Below are positions 16,782 to 25,695 of a stretch of 38,151 nt of DNA, in pieces. The notes under the pieces were generated by a model. That model was not told where the DNA came from. It did not search any database and saw nothing but the letters and a program-made list of their open reading frames with translations. The position numbers were made by a program, and so were the translations under genes. The first letter of the stretch is position 1. Each line of letters opens with the position of its first letter. The DNA is taken from contig JAHWHN010000153.1 in assembly GCA_019323235.1 (NCBI GenBank), forward strand, positions 1 through 38,151. Reading direction: 5' to 3'. Source of the DNA: Candidatus Woesearchaeota archaeon. Its GTDB lineage: Archaea > Nanobdellota > Nanobdellia > Woesearchaeales > JABIAG01.

Positions 16782-17102
16782 TTATAACATGAATTTTTCT
16801 TCTGCTTTCTTTAAAATTCCGGATACTCCCAAAATTTTTATTTTAAAATCTTTAACTAAACCTAAAGCAACAATAACTTCGTCTTTAAATTTGTGATTGA
16901 ATCTGATAATTCCTTTATTGTCCTTGAATTTGTCTTCCATTATTACCGGATTGACTTTACTCATTCCTAAAATTCCTAGAAATTTGTTTAGAGAGGTATT
17001 TATTGAATCAGAAATAACTTTTTGGTCTTTATTACCGGTGACCTCAAAAACAATATAACGTTTTTTTTCTCGCATACTAGGCAGTAGCCTTTTCAGTTTC
17101 AT
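16782..17102 (-). CDS. rnp2: RNase P protein component 2 (Pop5/Rpp14 family)
   Basis: LLPSMREKKRYIVFEV matches the Pop5 N-terminal motif (LPP.LRE.KRYI.FE). It is about 106 aa and sits immediately upstream of psmA, as in the archaeal superoperon. Confidence 0.8.
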   Translation of the reverse strand: MKLKRLLPSMREKKRYIVFEVTGNKDQKVISDSINTSLNKFLGILGMSKVNPVIMEDKFKDNKGIIRFNHKFKDEVIVALGLVKDFKIKILGVSGILKKAEEKFML

Positions 17103-17266
17103 CTTAAAATGAGAAAATATAACCTTCTTCTCCTCTCTCTCTGCTTTTTAAGAAATACCAATTATATATAAAGCTTTCTACATACTTTATAAATATTCTA
17201 CTCTGAATTTTAATTCAGGAATTGAGAAAATGCTTATAAATTAACATAAATTAATGGACTAACAAA

Positions 17267-18202
17267 ATGATATCAAATTCAAAAGTATTAAAATTCATGA
17301 AAAGAGAAGAAAATATTCAAATTTTAGAATATTTGATTGCAAAAATGTCTAAAGAATATTTAATTGGAAATATTAATACAGAAAAAGATGATTTATATTT
17401 TGGTGAAGAAAGTAAAATCGAGAAGATATTAGAAAAAAGTTGGGAAGATATTCAAGAACATATGGATATTGGAAAAGCCAAAATCCCAAAAATTGAACCA
17501 AAACCAGGTACAAACAAAGAACTGTTTCTTCAGAACTTATTCTATAAGTCGCCAGTTCCAGTAATATCTTCTTCAATGATTGGATTATTTGGATTAATTA
17601 AATTTTCAAAAATGGGTTTAGAAGATTATTTTTTATATTCTGAAATTGCTGGCGTTGCATATTTGGGATTTTTTAAAATATTAAGCTCAGGGATTGAAAT
17701 AATTAGAGAAAATAAAAATAGTACTTCAGGATATGTTTTATGTAATCGTCCAGACACATTATATGTTAAAAAGTATTTTAATGATAGTTTAAAAGAAACA
17801 ATTACACATGAATTGACACACTCTATCCAATTACAAAATCAAGGACCTATTAAAAGAAATTTTTACACTTTTGGGAATTATAGCTATATTAAAGAAGGTT
17901 TTGCAACTTTTTTAGAGAGAAGAGTTAATCAAAAAAACAGTGATGGAAGGTATAATGATAATTTAATTAAAGAAATTATAACACACATATATACGCATAA
18001 ATTTTTATCACGATTCTGTAAACGAGAAAAAATTAATTTCCCAAATGAAATTTTTGAAAAACTTGATATTCCTATTGGAAAAAAACCAGATCCTTACTTA
18101 TTTGGTCTTTCTGCTGTTGCATGTATGGTTGAAAAGTATGGAAGAGATGTTTTAGATATATTGGCTTTAGGTAAACCATTTCCAAAAGAATATCTAATTT
18201 AA
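17267..18202 (+). CDS. hypothetical membrane-associated protein with an HExxH zinc-metallopeptidase motif
   Basis: HELTH is followed 25 residues later by KEGFATFLE, a gluzincin-like HExxH...E arrangement. Two hydrophobic segments (SSSMIGLFGLIKF, IAGVAYLGFFKIL) precede it. No named family recognised. Confidence 0.45.
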   Translation: MISNSKVLKFMKREENIQILEYLIAKMSKEYLIGNINTEKDDLYFGEESKIEKILEKSWEDIQEHMDIGKAKIPKIEPKPGTNKELFLQNLFYKSPVPVISSSMIGLFGLIKFSKMGLEDYFLYSEIAGVAYLGFFKILSSGIEIIRENKNSTSGYVLCNRPDTLYVKKYFNDSLKETITHELTHSIQLQNQGPIKRNFYTFGNYSYIKEGFATFLERRVNQKNSDGRYNDNLIKEIITHIYTHKFLSRFCKREKINFPNEIFEKLDIPIGKKPDPYLFGLSAVACMVEKYGRDVLDILALGKPFPKEYLI

Positions 18203-18499
18203 TAGATTATCTTTAAATTCAACACCTTGCATTTCTAAATCTCTTCTTAATTGAAGTAATTCATCTATATTAAAGTCAGAGATTTTATCCTTAAAATCCA
18301 ATCTTTTTTCTAAATCTGATAAATTTATTGATTTAGATTCAAAAGTTACTTTTCTACTTGACCTCATAAAGAATTTAATATCTGTTACTGCAACTTCTAA
18401 ATTATCATAAGTATGTATTGCAGAATAATCTAATTTTAATGTTAAGAATTTGTAATCGTTTCCAGATAAATACTTCCCCATGTAGTAATCTGCTTTCAC
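18194..18499 (-). CDS. hypothetical protein
   Basis: The GTG at 18499 overlaps the mtaB stop (GTGA); an alternative ATG lies at 18481. The 3' end overlaps the convergent gene by 9 nt. No motif recognised. Confidence 0.4.
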   Translation of the reverse strand: MKADYYMGKYLSGNDYKFLTLKLDYSAIHTYDNLEVAVTDIKFFMRSSRKVTFESKSINLSDLEKRLDFKDKISDFNIDELLQLRRDLEMQGVEFKDNLLN

Positions 18500-19770
18500 T
18501 CTACTCTTAAGTCAAAGGTTGTACATTTATTAATTTTTACTTTTAATTTTTGTCCAAGTGAGAATCTTCCATCTTCATTTGGAATAATTATTGGTTTATA
18601 AAATATGTTTCTTCCTACTAAAGAGTTATTTGTCCCTTCTTCATCTAATAAGATTATGCCTTCCCATCCAACCCATTTTTTATTATTTTCAAAACTTCCC
18701 CACTGGAAAGCTGTCATTGCTCTATTAGCTCTTTGTTTTATTACTTCTGGGTCTACTTGTTCCATATTATAAGCTTTTGTTCCTAATCTTTTTCTGAATT
18801 TTGAAACATTTAGTACATCAAATTGAATATCTTTGATTAATTTCATTGTTTCATCAAAATCTTTTCCAGTTTCTTCTGGAAATCCAACTATCATATCAGA
18901 AGCAATATTTATCATAGGAATTTCTTCTCTAAATTTACTTACTATTTCTTTAAATTGTTTAATTGTGTAATGCCTGTTCATTTTTTTAAGAACTTCATCA
19001 CTTCCTGATTGAACTGGAATATGTACAAATTTGAAGAATTTTTTGTCTTTCATTACTTCAACTAATTCATCAAAGAATGGGTAGATGTGATCAGGATTCA
19101 TCATACCTAGTCTAATATAATAATCTCCAGGAATTTCAACTATTCTTTGTAATAACTCAACTAAGTTAGTACCAATATCCATTCCATAACATCCATTATC
19201 TTGAGAAGTTATCCAAATTTCTTTGCAACCATCTTTTAGTGCATTTTCAATATCTTCAACAATTTCTTCAACTGGAAATGAATAATAATCTCCTTTAATT
19301 GGTTTTACACTACAATAAGTACAACTACCTAAACAAGAATTTGATATTGGAATTATTCCAATTAATTTATTTGTTCTTATTCTTTTGAATCTTGTTTTAT
19401 TTATTCTTTCAGGAGACATTACTTGAATTGGATTGTTGTTAAGGGTTTCTTCAATTACTTCTAAGATTTTATCTAGATTATGCGTATTTAAAATTCCGCA
19501 ATTTGGATCTACTTTCCTTATGTTTTTAATCATATGTTCAGGAACACATCCACCAATAATTAAGATTTTATTTGGGAATTCTTCTTTGATTTTTTTTATT
19601 GATGCTAAAGCAACATCATCACCTTTTACAGTACAAATATTGAATACTACAATTTCTGCATCTTCAATATTATCAGCTAAACCAAAGTATTCACTAGTTA
19701 AGCCTTTCATTATTTCAGATTCTGCTTGGTTGTTACTACAACCGGAAGTTTTAAAGAAAATTTTATCCAT
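18496..19770 (-). CDS. MiaB-like radical-SAM tRNA methylthiotransferase, archaeal/eukaryotic (CDKAL1/MtaB) type
   Basis: N-terminal UPF0004 domain (FKTSGCSNNQAESE...NICTV). Radical-SAM CLGSCTYC (CxxxCxxC). C-terminal TRAM-like beta domain. Confidence 0.85.
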   Translation of the reverse strand: MDKIFFKTSGCSNNQAESEIMKGLTSEYFGLADNIEDAEIVVFNICTVKGDDVALASIKKIKEEFPNKILIIGGCVPEHMIKNIRKVDPNCGILNTHNLDKILEVIEETLNNNPIQVMSPERINKTRFKRIRTNKLIGIIPISNSCLGSCTYCSVKPIKGDYYSFPVEEIVEDIENALKDGCKEIWITSQDNGCYGMDIGTNLVELLQRIVEIPGDYYIRLGMMNPDHIYPFFDELVEVMKDKKFFKFVHIPVQSGSDEVLKKMNRHYTIKQFKEIVSKFREEIPMINIASDMIVGFPEETGKDFDETMKLIKDIQFDVLNVSKFRKRLGTKAYNMEQVDPEVIKQRANRAMTAFQWGSFENNKKWVGWEGIILLDEEGTNNSLVGRNIFYKPIIIPNEDGRFSLGQKLKVKINKCTTFDLRVE

Positions 19771-19771
19771 T

Positions 19772-20053
19772 TTACTTCAGTTTTACTGGGGCCTTAATTG
19801 GAAGGTTTCCATATAAAGACAAATCTACTAAATGATAGTTTTCACGATTTTTATCATAATCCATATAAACTTTTACAACAGGATTAGAAAAAACTTGTTG
19901 ATATGTTTCTAAACTATCTCTATGTAATTCTAAAAATTCATCAACATCTTTTGTTAATAAATCTTTGTTTATTTTTAGAGCATCTATTTTTAATAACAAT
20001 TCTAATTTACTTTCGTCGATAAAAACTGTGTGTGATGGTATTAATGAATTCAT
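19772..20053 (-). CDS. hypothetical protein
   Basis: 93 aa. Its stop lies 1 nt before the mtaB ATG, so the two are probably translationally coupled. No motif recognised. Confidence 0.4.
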   Translation of the reverse strand: MNSLIPSHTVFIDESKLELLLKIDALKINKDLLTKDVDEFLELHRDSLETYQQVFSNPVVKVYMDYDKNRENYHLVDLSLYGNLPIKAPVKLK

Positions 20054-20078
20054 TTTTTGTGAAAATTAAGTCTTTTTT

Positions 20079-20109
20079 ATAAACTTTTTCAAGAAATGGA
20101 AAAGTTTAT
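20079..20109. repeat. perfect 10-bp inverted repeat between DUF58 and the next operon (terminator hairpin or operator)
   Basis: ATAAACTTTT (20079-20088) and AAAAGTTTAT (20100-20109) with an 11-nt spacer. It overlaps a TTTATAAAAAA TATA-like element on the minus strand upstream of ORF 20053. Confidence 0.35.
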
Positions 20110-20131
20110 GCCCAGAATGAAATTAAATTAT

Positions 20132-20986
20132 CTAGAACTTTTGGTTTGTTATTGTGAATAGTACGTCAAAGATTTGTTGGTCTGTTGTGAATTGATAAAA
20201 TTTAGCTCCAGGAAATTGGTTTGCTAATCTTTTAATATCTGCTACGTGTTTGTTTAATTTGCTTAAATATTCTTGCTGAGCTCTTTTTGAAACATATGTT
20301 CTTAATTCAAATTCAGATTCAGCATCAATTAGTTTAAAGTCCCCTTCTAAATCCATATTCTTTTCAGATGGTGTTAGTATTTGTACTAATTTGATTATAT
20401 GGTCTTTTCCTAATAAGTGAAGTGCATTTTCTAATTCTTTTAATTCAAAGAAAAAGTCTGAAACAATTACTACATAAGATTTGGAATGTATTAATTTTTT
20501 ATATTTTTGAATTGAGTTATATAATTTTGAACTACCAGTAGGTTTTATTTTATTAAAAGTGTTTAAAATAGAAGTTATTTGTTTATGACCTTTAGCTCCT
20601 TTTAATATTTCTAAATCATTTGAGAAAGTTGAAAACTGAACTCGTTCGTTGTTCTTCATTCCTAAATATCCAAAACTAAGAGCTATTTTTCCAGCAAAAT
20701 CAAACTTGCCATCTGTATCCATACTTTTTGAAACATCAGTTAATATGTGAACGTTTAAGTTACGTTCCTCTTCAAATTGTTTAACATATAAATCATCTGT
20801 TCTTGCATAAACTCTCCAGTCTATGGCCTTATAATTATCTCCTGGACTGTAAATTCTATGTTCTTTGAATAGTGTTCCGGAACCAGAAGAATAAGATCTA
20901 TGCTCTCCAGAATACTTTGAATAAACATTACGATTCACCACTAGATTTAATCTATGTAGCTCATCCAAAAATTTTGGATCTATCAT
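20132..20986 (-). CDS. DUF58 domain protein (vWA-like partner of MoxR)
   Basis: GEHRSYSSGSGTLFKEHRIYSPGDNYKAIDWRVYARTDDLYVKQFEEERNLNVHILTDVSKSMD is the canonical DUF58 signature. It lies directly after moxR. Confidence 0.85.
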   Translation of the reverse strand: MIDPKFLDELHRLNLVVNRNVYSKYSGEHRSYSSGSGTLFKEHRIYSPGDNYKAIDWRVYARTDDLYVKQFEEERNLNVHILTDVSKSMDTDGKFDFAGKIALSFGYLGMKNNERVQFSTFSNDLEILKGAKGHKQITSILNTFNKIKPTGSSKLYNSIQKYKKLIHSKSYVVIVSDFFFELKELENALHLLGKDHIIKLVQILTPSEKNMDLEGDFKLIDAESEFELRTYVSKRAQQEYLSKLNKHVADIKRLANQFPGAKFYQFTTDQQIFDVLFTITNQKF

Positions 20987-20987
20987 T

Positions 20988-21917
20988 CTATCTTATGATT
21001 TTGTTTATTGCGTCATCAACAGTTAAACCTTGTCTTTCTGCTTCAAAACTTAAGATTACTCTATGTCTTAAAACTGGTGCTGCTACTGCCTTTAAATCTT
21101 CAGTACTTACATGATTCTTACCTCTAATTAAAGCTCTTGCTTTTGCAGCTAAAATTAAAGCCATTGAAGCTCTCGGAGAGGCGCCATATAAGAATAATTC
21201 TTTATTTTTTCTTGTAGCTATTGTTATTTTAATAGCAGCTGTTCTTAAATCATTAGCAATAGGCATTTGTCTTGTTAATTCTTGTAGTTTAATTAATTGA
21301 CCTTTATCAAGAACTTTTTTTGGAGCTTCTAATCTTACATTTTCTGTAAATCTTTTTACAATTTCATGTTCTTCGTCTTCAGTTGGATAAGTTGTTTGGA
21401 TTTTTAATAAAAACCTATCAGACTGAGCTTCTGGTAAAGGATAAGTTCCTTCTTGATCAATTGGGTTTTGAGTTGCTAATACGAAAAATGGTTCTTCTAA
21501 TTTGTAGGTTTTATTACCAACAGTTACTTGTTTTTCCTGCATTGCTTCTAAGAATGCAGATTGGGATTTTGGTGTTGCTCTGTTAATTTCATCAGCTAAA
21601 ACAATATTTGCGAAAATAGGTCCTGGTTGAAATTTAAATTCTCTTTGTCCTCTCGCTTCAGAGATAATATAAGTTCCAATAATATCAGAAGGCATTAAAT
21701 CTGGAGTGTTCTGAATTCTAGAGAATGATAAATTAATTACTTGTGATAAAGTATTAATTGTTAATGTCTTTGCTAATCCTGGATAACCCTCTAACAAAGC
21801 ATTACCATTACATAACAAGCTAATTAAAACTTGTTCTATCATTTCGTCTTGACCTACAACTACCTTATGTATCTCATGATACACATGATCAAATATGTTT
21901 TTGTGCTCTTTTACCAT
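20988..21917 (-). CDS. moxR: MoxR-family AAA+ ATPase
   Basis: Walker A is EGYPGLAKT and Walker B is LADEINRA. ATQNPIDQEGTYPLPEAQSDRF is also present. The track start at 21929 is TTG; the ATG at 21917 is preceded by GGAG. Confidence 0.9.
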   Translation of the reverse strand: MVKEHKNIFDHVYHEIHKVVVGQDEMIEQVLISLLCNGNALLEGYPGLAKTLTINTLSQVINLSFSRIQNTPDLMPSDIIGTYIISEARGQREFKFQPGPIFANIVLADEINRATPKSQSAFLEAMQEKQVTVGNKTYKLEEPFFVLATQNPIDQEGTYPLPEAQSDRFLLKIQTTYPTEDEEHEIVKRFTENVRLEAPKKVLDKGQLIKLQELTRQMPIANDLRTAAIKITIATRKNKELFLYGASPRASMALILAAKARALIRGKNHVSTEDLKAVAAPVLRHRVILSFEAERQGLTVDDAINKIIR

Positions 21918-21956
21918 TTTTTCTCCCAATTGTTATTATAATTTTGTCTTACTATA

Positions 21957-22817
21957 TTAATTTTTAGCTAATTCACTAAAATACCTTTTTACTATATCTT
22001 GCTTTTCTCTAGGAATATCTTCTTCCAAAGAAAAGTCCTTTTCTAAAAATACATCATCTTCTTTAAATGAACTTGAAATAAAATCCATTTTTTCTGGATT
22101 TTCATAATCTTCAATACTTAACTCATAATCAGTTGGTTTGATTTCAATATTCACAACCTCATTTCCTAATTGAGCAACTTGCGAGTCTCCAAATATTTCT
22201 CCCGAATCTGAAGTACCACCACCAACACCAGCAACTAAAGCTAAATTTTTAAATTTCCCAGTCAACTCTCCATCACCCAATACTACTTCTAATTTTTGAG
22301 AACCATCTCTTAAAATTTCTGCTCCCAAATCTTTCATTAAATCTAAACTTAAATCAAATACTTCTCCAACACTCATTAATCTAATATTTAATGATGCTAC
22401 GAAGATTATTAAAAATGACATGAAGAACATAAATAAAATTCTGGAGATTATTTTTTTGAAATCAACAAAATCTCCCATATCAACATTTCTTTTTACTTTT
22501 GATGTGACTTCTTTTTTTAGTTCCTCTACCAAAATATTTTGTTTGTGAAAATTGTCTTTAACAGTTCTTAATTCTTCATCTAATTCTGGATATTTACTTT
22601 CTACTAATAATATTGGATCTTCTTTTAATGAAATTAAAATTGTATAAATAAATACAACTCCAAAAGTAATTGAACCTACTATTAAAGGTGGCATACTAAC
22701 TATCATAGAAATAAAATAGGCAATTAGATAGGCAAAAGCTCCATTTAAGAAAGCTCTTAAAAGTCTAATTTTATAGATTCCATTTCTTATTTCTGAAAAT
22801 AGTTCATGTATGTTCAT
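21957..22817 (-). CDS. hypothetical three-TM membrane protein within the MoxR/vWA operon
   Basis: Two N-terminal TM helices and one central TM helix, with an acidic C-terminal domain. Its ATG overlaps the upstream stop (ATGA). Confidence 0.5.
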   Translation of the reverse strand: MNIHELFSEIRNGIYKIRLLRAFLNGAFAYLIAYFISMIVSMPPLIVGSITFGVVFIYTILISLKEDPILLVESKYPELDEELRTVKDNFHKQNILVEELKKEVTSKVKRNVDMGDFVDFKKIISRILFMFFMSFLIIFVASLNIRLMSVGEVFDLSLDLMKDLGAEILRDGSQKLEVVLGDGELTGKFKNLALVAGVGGGTSDSGEIFGDSQVAQLGNEVVNIEIKPTDYELSIEDYENPEKMDFISSSFKEDDVFLEKDFSLEEDIPREKQDIVKRYFSELAKN

Positions 22818-23350
22818 TCTCTATCTAATACCTCAATTTCTTTTCTTACATCTTCAAAAAGTTCATCAAGATCACTACGAGAAACATTTGATATGTCTCT
22901 TAATTCATCATATAAATCATCAATTTCATTTCCAATATCAGCATAAGCATCTTGCATAGTTTTTGTTAATGTTATTATTTCAGTATTTTTGATGTTTAAT
23001 AATTCGTTTTTATCTTTCACTTCTTTTCTTGCACTAGCTAATTGACTTTGAACTGTTTGTAAATTTTGACTTAATTGGTCCTTTTCACTTGAAACTTCAG
23101 AGTATAGTTCATTTAATTTTTCTTTATCCTGAGATTTTCTGCTTAACTCATAACTTGTCTCGTTTAACTTTCTTTCTCTTTCCTCAATATCTTGTACTAA
23201 AGACTCGTAACTGTCTAATTGTTCATGATATTTGTCACTAATGTCATCAAAGTTTGTTTCATAATATGTTGTTAAAGTTAATAAATAACCAATACAAAGT
23301 ATACATATTATGAATAATACCAAGTTAATGTTTCTTTTTATGTAGCTCAT
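22814..23350 (-). CDS. membrane-anchored coiled-coil protein within the MoxR/vWA operon
   Basis: One N-terminal TM helix (LVLFIICILCIGYLL), then about 140 aa with heptad-like E/K/L/Q-rich sequence. GAGGT lies upstream of the ATG. Confidence 0.5.
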   Translation of the reverse strand: MSYIKRNINLVLFIICILCIGYLLTLTTYYETNFDDISDKYHEQLDSYESLVQDIEERERKLNETSYELSRKSQDKEKLNELYSEVSSEKDQLSQNLQTVQSQLASARKEVKDKNELLNIKNTEIITLTKTMQDAYADIGNEIDDLYDELRDISNVSRSDLDELFEDVRKEIEVLDRE

Positions 23351-23358
23351 TTTTACCT

Positions 23359-25695
23359 CTAGTTTTTAACCTTCCTTCTGATTAATATTTCAATTAAATA
23401 TATAATTACTATTATTGGCAGTATTACATATCTATAATAATTTCTATCTTCTATTTCTTTTTTGTTATCTTTTTCTAATTCTTCAATAATTTTATCAATA
23501 TCATTAATATTCAAAACCTCTCCACCAGTTACTTCAACAATTGATTCAAGTTCTGGGTTCATCCCAATGTCTTCATATTCTCGAGGATAGTTTATAGCAA
23601 ATTCTTCATTTTCAATTTTAAAGAAACCCATTGAATCTGGTCTTATTAAACCAGTATATAAGTTAACATCTGTTTGTATTAATTCAACACCATCTAAATT
23701 TGGTTTTTTATCAGAGTACATTTTGAAATCTAAGTTTTCATTAATTCTTCCATCACTTATACTTAATCTCGTACTTTCTTTTCTTCTTGGATCACCAATT
23801 GCCCAATTTGCTGCTCTAGAAACTACAACTGAATTACCTTTTGTTAATAAATTACCTGCCCAACTATTTCCACCATCAGTAGTCATTGAGATAACTCTTC
23901 CAAGTCCAAATCTCCAAGAAGTAATTATCGGATTTCCAGATTCAGTTACAACTAATTGTTGAGCTGATGCTTTTGGAACAACTTGATTAAATCCATAAAT
24001 TCTTGAGCTTAATTCTATTCCATTTGTTACAAAATGATTTTGATTAAAAGTATCTAAAGACCATTCTTTCTTTTCATGACTTCTTTCTTTTCCAAATACT
24101 AAAGATAGTTTATTTACAGCGCTAACTTGGAAGTAAGTACCTCCACCTTGTAAAGCTAAATAACTTAAAAAGTCTTCATCGGTTGCTGGGCCAACACCAA
24201 CTGTATGTATTTTAACTCCTTTCTCTCTTAGTTTAATTGCTAAAGCATTTGTAGCTGGAACATTTTTAGTCTTACCATCTGAAATTACAACTATGTTTTT
24301 ATTACCTGCTGCATTACTTAATATTTCATCAGCTTTTGCTAAAGCAGTATCTAAATAAGTTCCTCCAGAGTTTTGAAGAGCCATTATTTTTTGAGGAGTA
24401 TCTAATTGATTTTCTACTCTGTCTAATTCTGAAATTACATGAGCTTCTTTGTTAAATGCTATTACTGATAAATAATCTTTTGGATCTAATTGATTGAATA
24501 CATTTAATGCTTGAGCCTTTTCAACATTTACAACACTATAACCATCAGTTTCAATTCCTGATGAAACAGAAATATCTATAACAAGTACTATATTCATATC
24601 TGTTATGTTTTCAATTGCTCCTAAACCAACTTTAGTAGGTAGTAATGTTTGAAATTGTGATTCTTCGTAATTTCCATAATCATAAGAATTATCCCCACCT
24701 ATTACCATTAAACCATTTCCATCTAACACAAAATTTGTTAGTAATTGAGTTTTTTTATCCAATTCTGATGCAGGAATATCATTAATAATTACTCCAAAGT
24801 ATTTATCTAAATTTTCTGGAACATAGTTTAATTCATCTAAATCATAAATTTCATAAAATATCTTTTCAATCGGAGAATTTTCTTTAGAAACATAAAGAAC
24901 TTTTGGTTTTTCTAGAACTGAAATTGTTTTGAAAAATATATTATTCTCTTCAAAATAATCAGTAGCAATTAATTGAGCTTCTAATTTGTGAGTCCCACTT
25001 TTCAAAGCTAAGTCTAAATCTTTAACTTGTGAAGTTTTTCCAGAGAATTCTTCCATTACTTTACCATCTAATTTTACAATTACTTTATAATCTACTTCTC
25101 CAGCAACTTTTACATCTACATAAAATTTATTTTGAATTTCACTCAATACATATTTTGGACCTTTGATTGAAACAGAAGCATCATTTGATTTTTGGTTTAA
25201 TTCTACAATATTTACTGTTGAGTTAATTGTTGAAGCAAATCTTAATACTTCAGATAATTCTTTACCACCATGAGAATTTCCATCACTTAATAATAATATA
25301 TTATCATTACCAATCATATTGTTTAAGAGAGCATTTCCTATTGGACTGTTAAGATCTTTTCCAATAGTGATTGTGTTAACTCCCATGTCTGATAATGATT
25401 CGATTTCGGAAGCTAATTTTGAAGATGAGTCTTCATATAATTGCATTGAGTTTGATTTATCTATCAATATATTTACTTTTGATTGTTTGTCTTCCATTCT
25501 TTTTGTAACAGAATATGGTGCAGCTAATGCGAAAATAAGCATTGATATAATTAAAAACTTAGTTATGAATACATAAATTCTTAATCTTTTATTTGTTTCT
25601 ACACCTTTTACAAAATTATGTCTAATTATGAAAATTAAAGCAATAAATACAATAGGGATGAATACTAAAAATGAAATGTTTTCAAATTGCATCAT
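23359..25695 (-). CDS. BatA/BatB-like membrane protein with two vWA domains and a central GATase-like region
   Basis: BatA-type N-terminus (two TM helices). MIDAS-like DKSNS (ILIDKSNSM) and DISVS (VLVIDISVSSG) motifs. GNGLMVIGGDNSY resembles the DUF1355/GATase-like module of Bat proteins. There is a C-terminal TM helix. Its start overlaps the upstream stop by 1 nt. Confidence 0.75.
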   Translation of the reverse strand: MMQFENISFLVFIPIVFIALIFIIRHNFVKGVETNKRLRIYVFITKFLIISMLIFALAAPYSVTKRMEDKQSKVNILIDKSNSMQLYEDSSSKLASEIESLSDMGVNTITIGKDLNSPIGNALLNNMIGNDNILLLSDGNSHGGKELSEVLRFASTINSTVNIVELNQKSNDASVSIKGPKYVLSEIQNKFYVDVKVAGEVDYKVIVKLDGKVMEEFSGKTSQVKDLDLALKSGTHKLEAQLIATDYFEENNIFFKTISVLEKPKVLYVSKENSPIEKIFYEIYDLDELNYVPENLDKYFGVIINDIPASELDKKTQLLTNFVLDGNGLMVIGGDNSYDYGNYEESQFQTLLPTKVGLGAIENITDMNIVLVIDISVSSGIETDGYSVVNVEKAQALNVFNQLDPKDYLSVIAFNKEAHVISELDRVENQLDTPQKIMALQNSGGTYLDTALAKADEILSNAAGNKNIVVISDGKTKNVPATNALAIKLREKGVKIHTVGVGPATDEDFLSYLALQGGGTYFQVSAVNKLSLVFGKERSHEKKEWSLDTFNQNHFVTNGIELSSRIYGFNQVVPKASAQQLVVTESGNPIITSWRFGLGRVISMTTDGGNSWAGNLLTKGNSVVVSRAANWAIGDPRRKESTRLSISDGRINENLDFKMYSDKKPNLDGVELIQTDVNLYTGLIRPDSMGFFKIENEEFAINYPREYEDIGMNPELESIVEVTGGEVLNINDIDKIIEELEKDNKKEIEDRNYYRYVILPIIVIIYLIEILIRRKVKN

